A DNA stretch of 63,537 nt, the filler included, from Folioceros fuciformis (taxonomy: Eukaryota): NCBI GenBank assembly GCA_049999805.1. It is 9 parts of 9 records of this genome, joined end to end, with 100 filler letters (N's around TTAATTAATTAA, not from the genome) between each part and the next. Parts side by side here need not be neighbours in the genome. Positions count along the whole stretch, not along the records: positions 61,981 to 63,537 come from JBNGIO010001619.1; 8 more parts are not named here. One strand, 5' to 3'. Within the stretch, counting starts at the first letter, position 1. Each line of letters begins with the position of its first letter. The notes under the pieces were generated by a model, which saw only the letters and a program-made list of their open reading frames with translations, did no database searches and was not told where the DNA came from. Shown here piece after piece: positions 63,126 to 63,537 of this stretch. Made by a program: the position numbers and the translations under genes.

Positions 63126-63537
63126 TTTGAGACACCAAGCCCCCGAAACACCCCCGAAACAGCGCTTCCCAATCCGCCACGCGTGGCAGGGGGATTGATT
63201 GGAACTACACTTTCCGAACGCATCAAAAGACGAAACCGCACCCCAAGGACGGCTCCAAAACACCTAACATCAGCATCCTACATTGGCTTGAACTGAAGCT
63301 GCGTCTGAGGTGAAGACGTATTTCCAATCCACGTGCTCACCTTCCACATCTAACACTTCCCGTCCAAATCCCTCAGTCCGCCCAACACGCCTCTCCGTGC
63401 TGGAAACTTATATTCTGATGCAAGGAGCATGCGTTCTTGCTGAATGCCACAGCAGCGGTGCGGGAGTTGGAGCGAGACCGGATCTTCCTCTCGGGGCGGG
63501 TTGCTTCACTGTTTCCCCAGTGCAAACTGATAAAGCC

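Overview
Gene-dense eukaryotic nuclear DNA from an early-diverging land plant. Short (~60-150 bp) GT-AG introns, plant-type genes and retained flagellar genes suggest a bryophyte, possibly a hornwort (inference). The window is 9 contigs joined by 8 artificial 100-bp linkers (44 N + TTAATTAATTAA + 44 N). Recognisable genes: MSR-like O-fucosyltransferase, plastid-type GNAT, an ODA-DC2/CCDC114-like gene, CCDC103, U1-C, EMC2, BET1, PDF1B, DNA2/JHS1, a single-DUF26 secreted protein, DRT111/SPF45 (5' part), an orphan coiled-coil gene, an intronless divergent MAX2-like F-box/LRR, argininosuccinate synthase, PGPP1, a DM13/DOMON/cytochrome b561 protein, and Ty1/copia remnants. Most notable: (1) an intact outer-dynein-arm docking-complex gene in a lineage whose sperm are reported to lack outer arms, close to CCDC103; (2) a box C/D guide RNA for U2 (snoR101-like) containing a 5'-splice-site mimic, in the spliced 3' region of U1-C, plus a decayed inverted copy of that region that has lost box C and the guide; (3) a divergent MAX2 paralog. 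All family assignments come from motifs recognised by eye and recalled reference sequences; no search was run.
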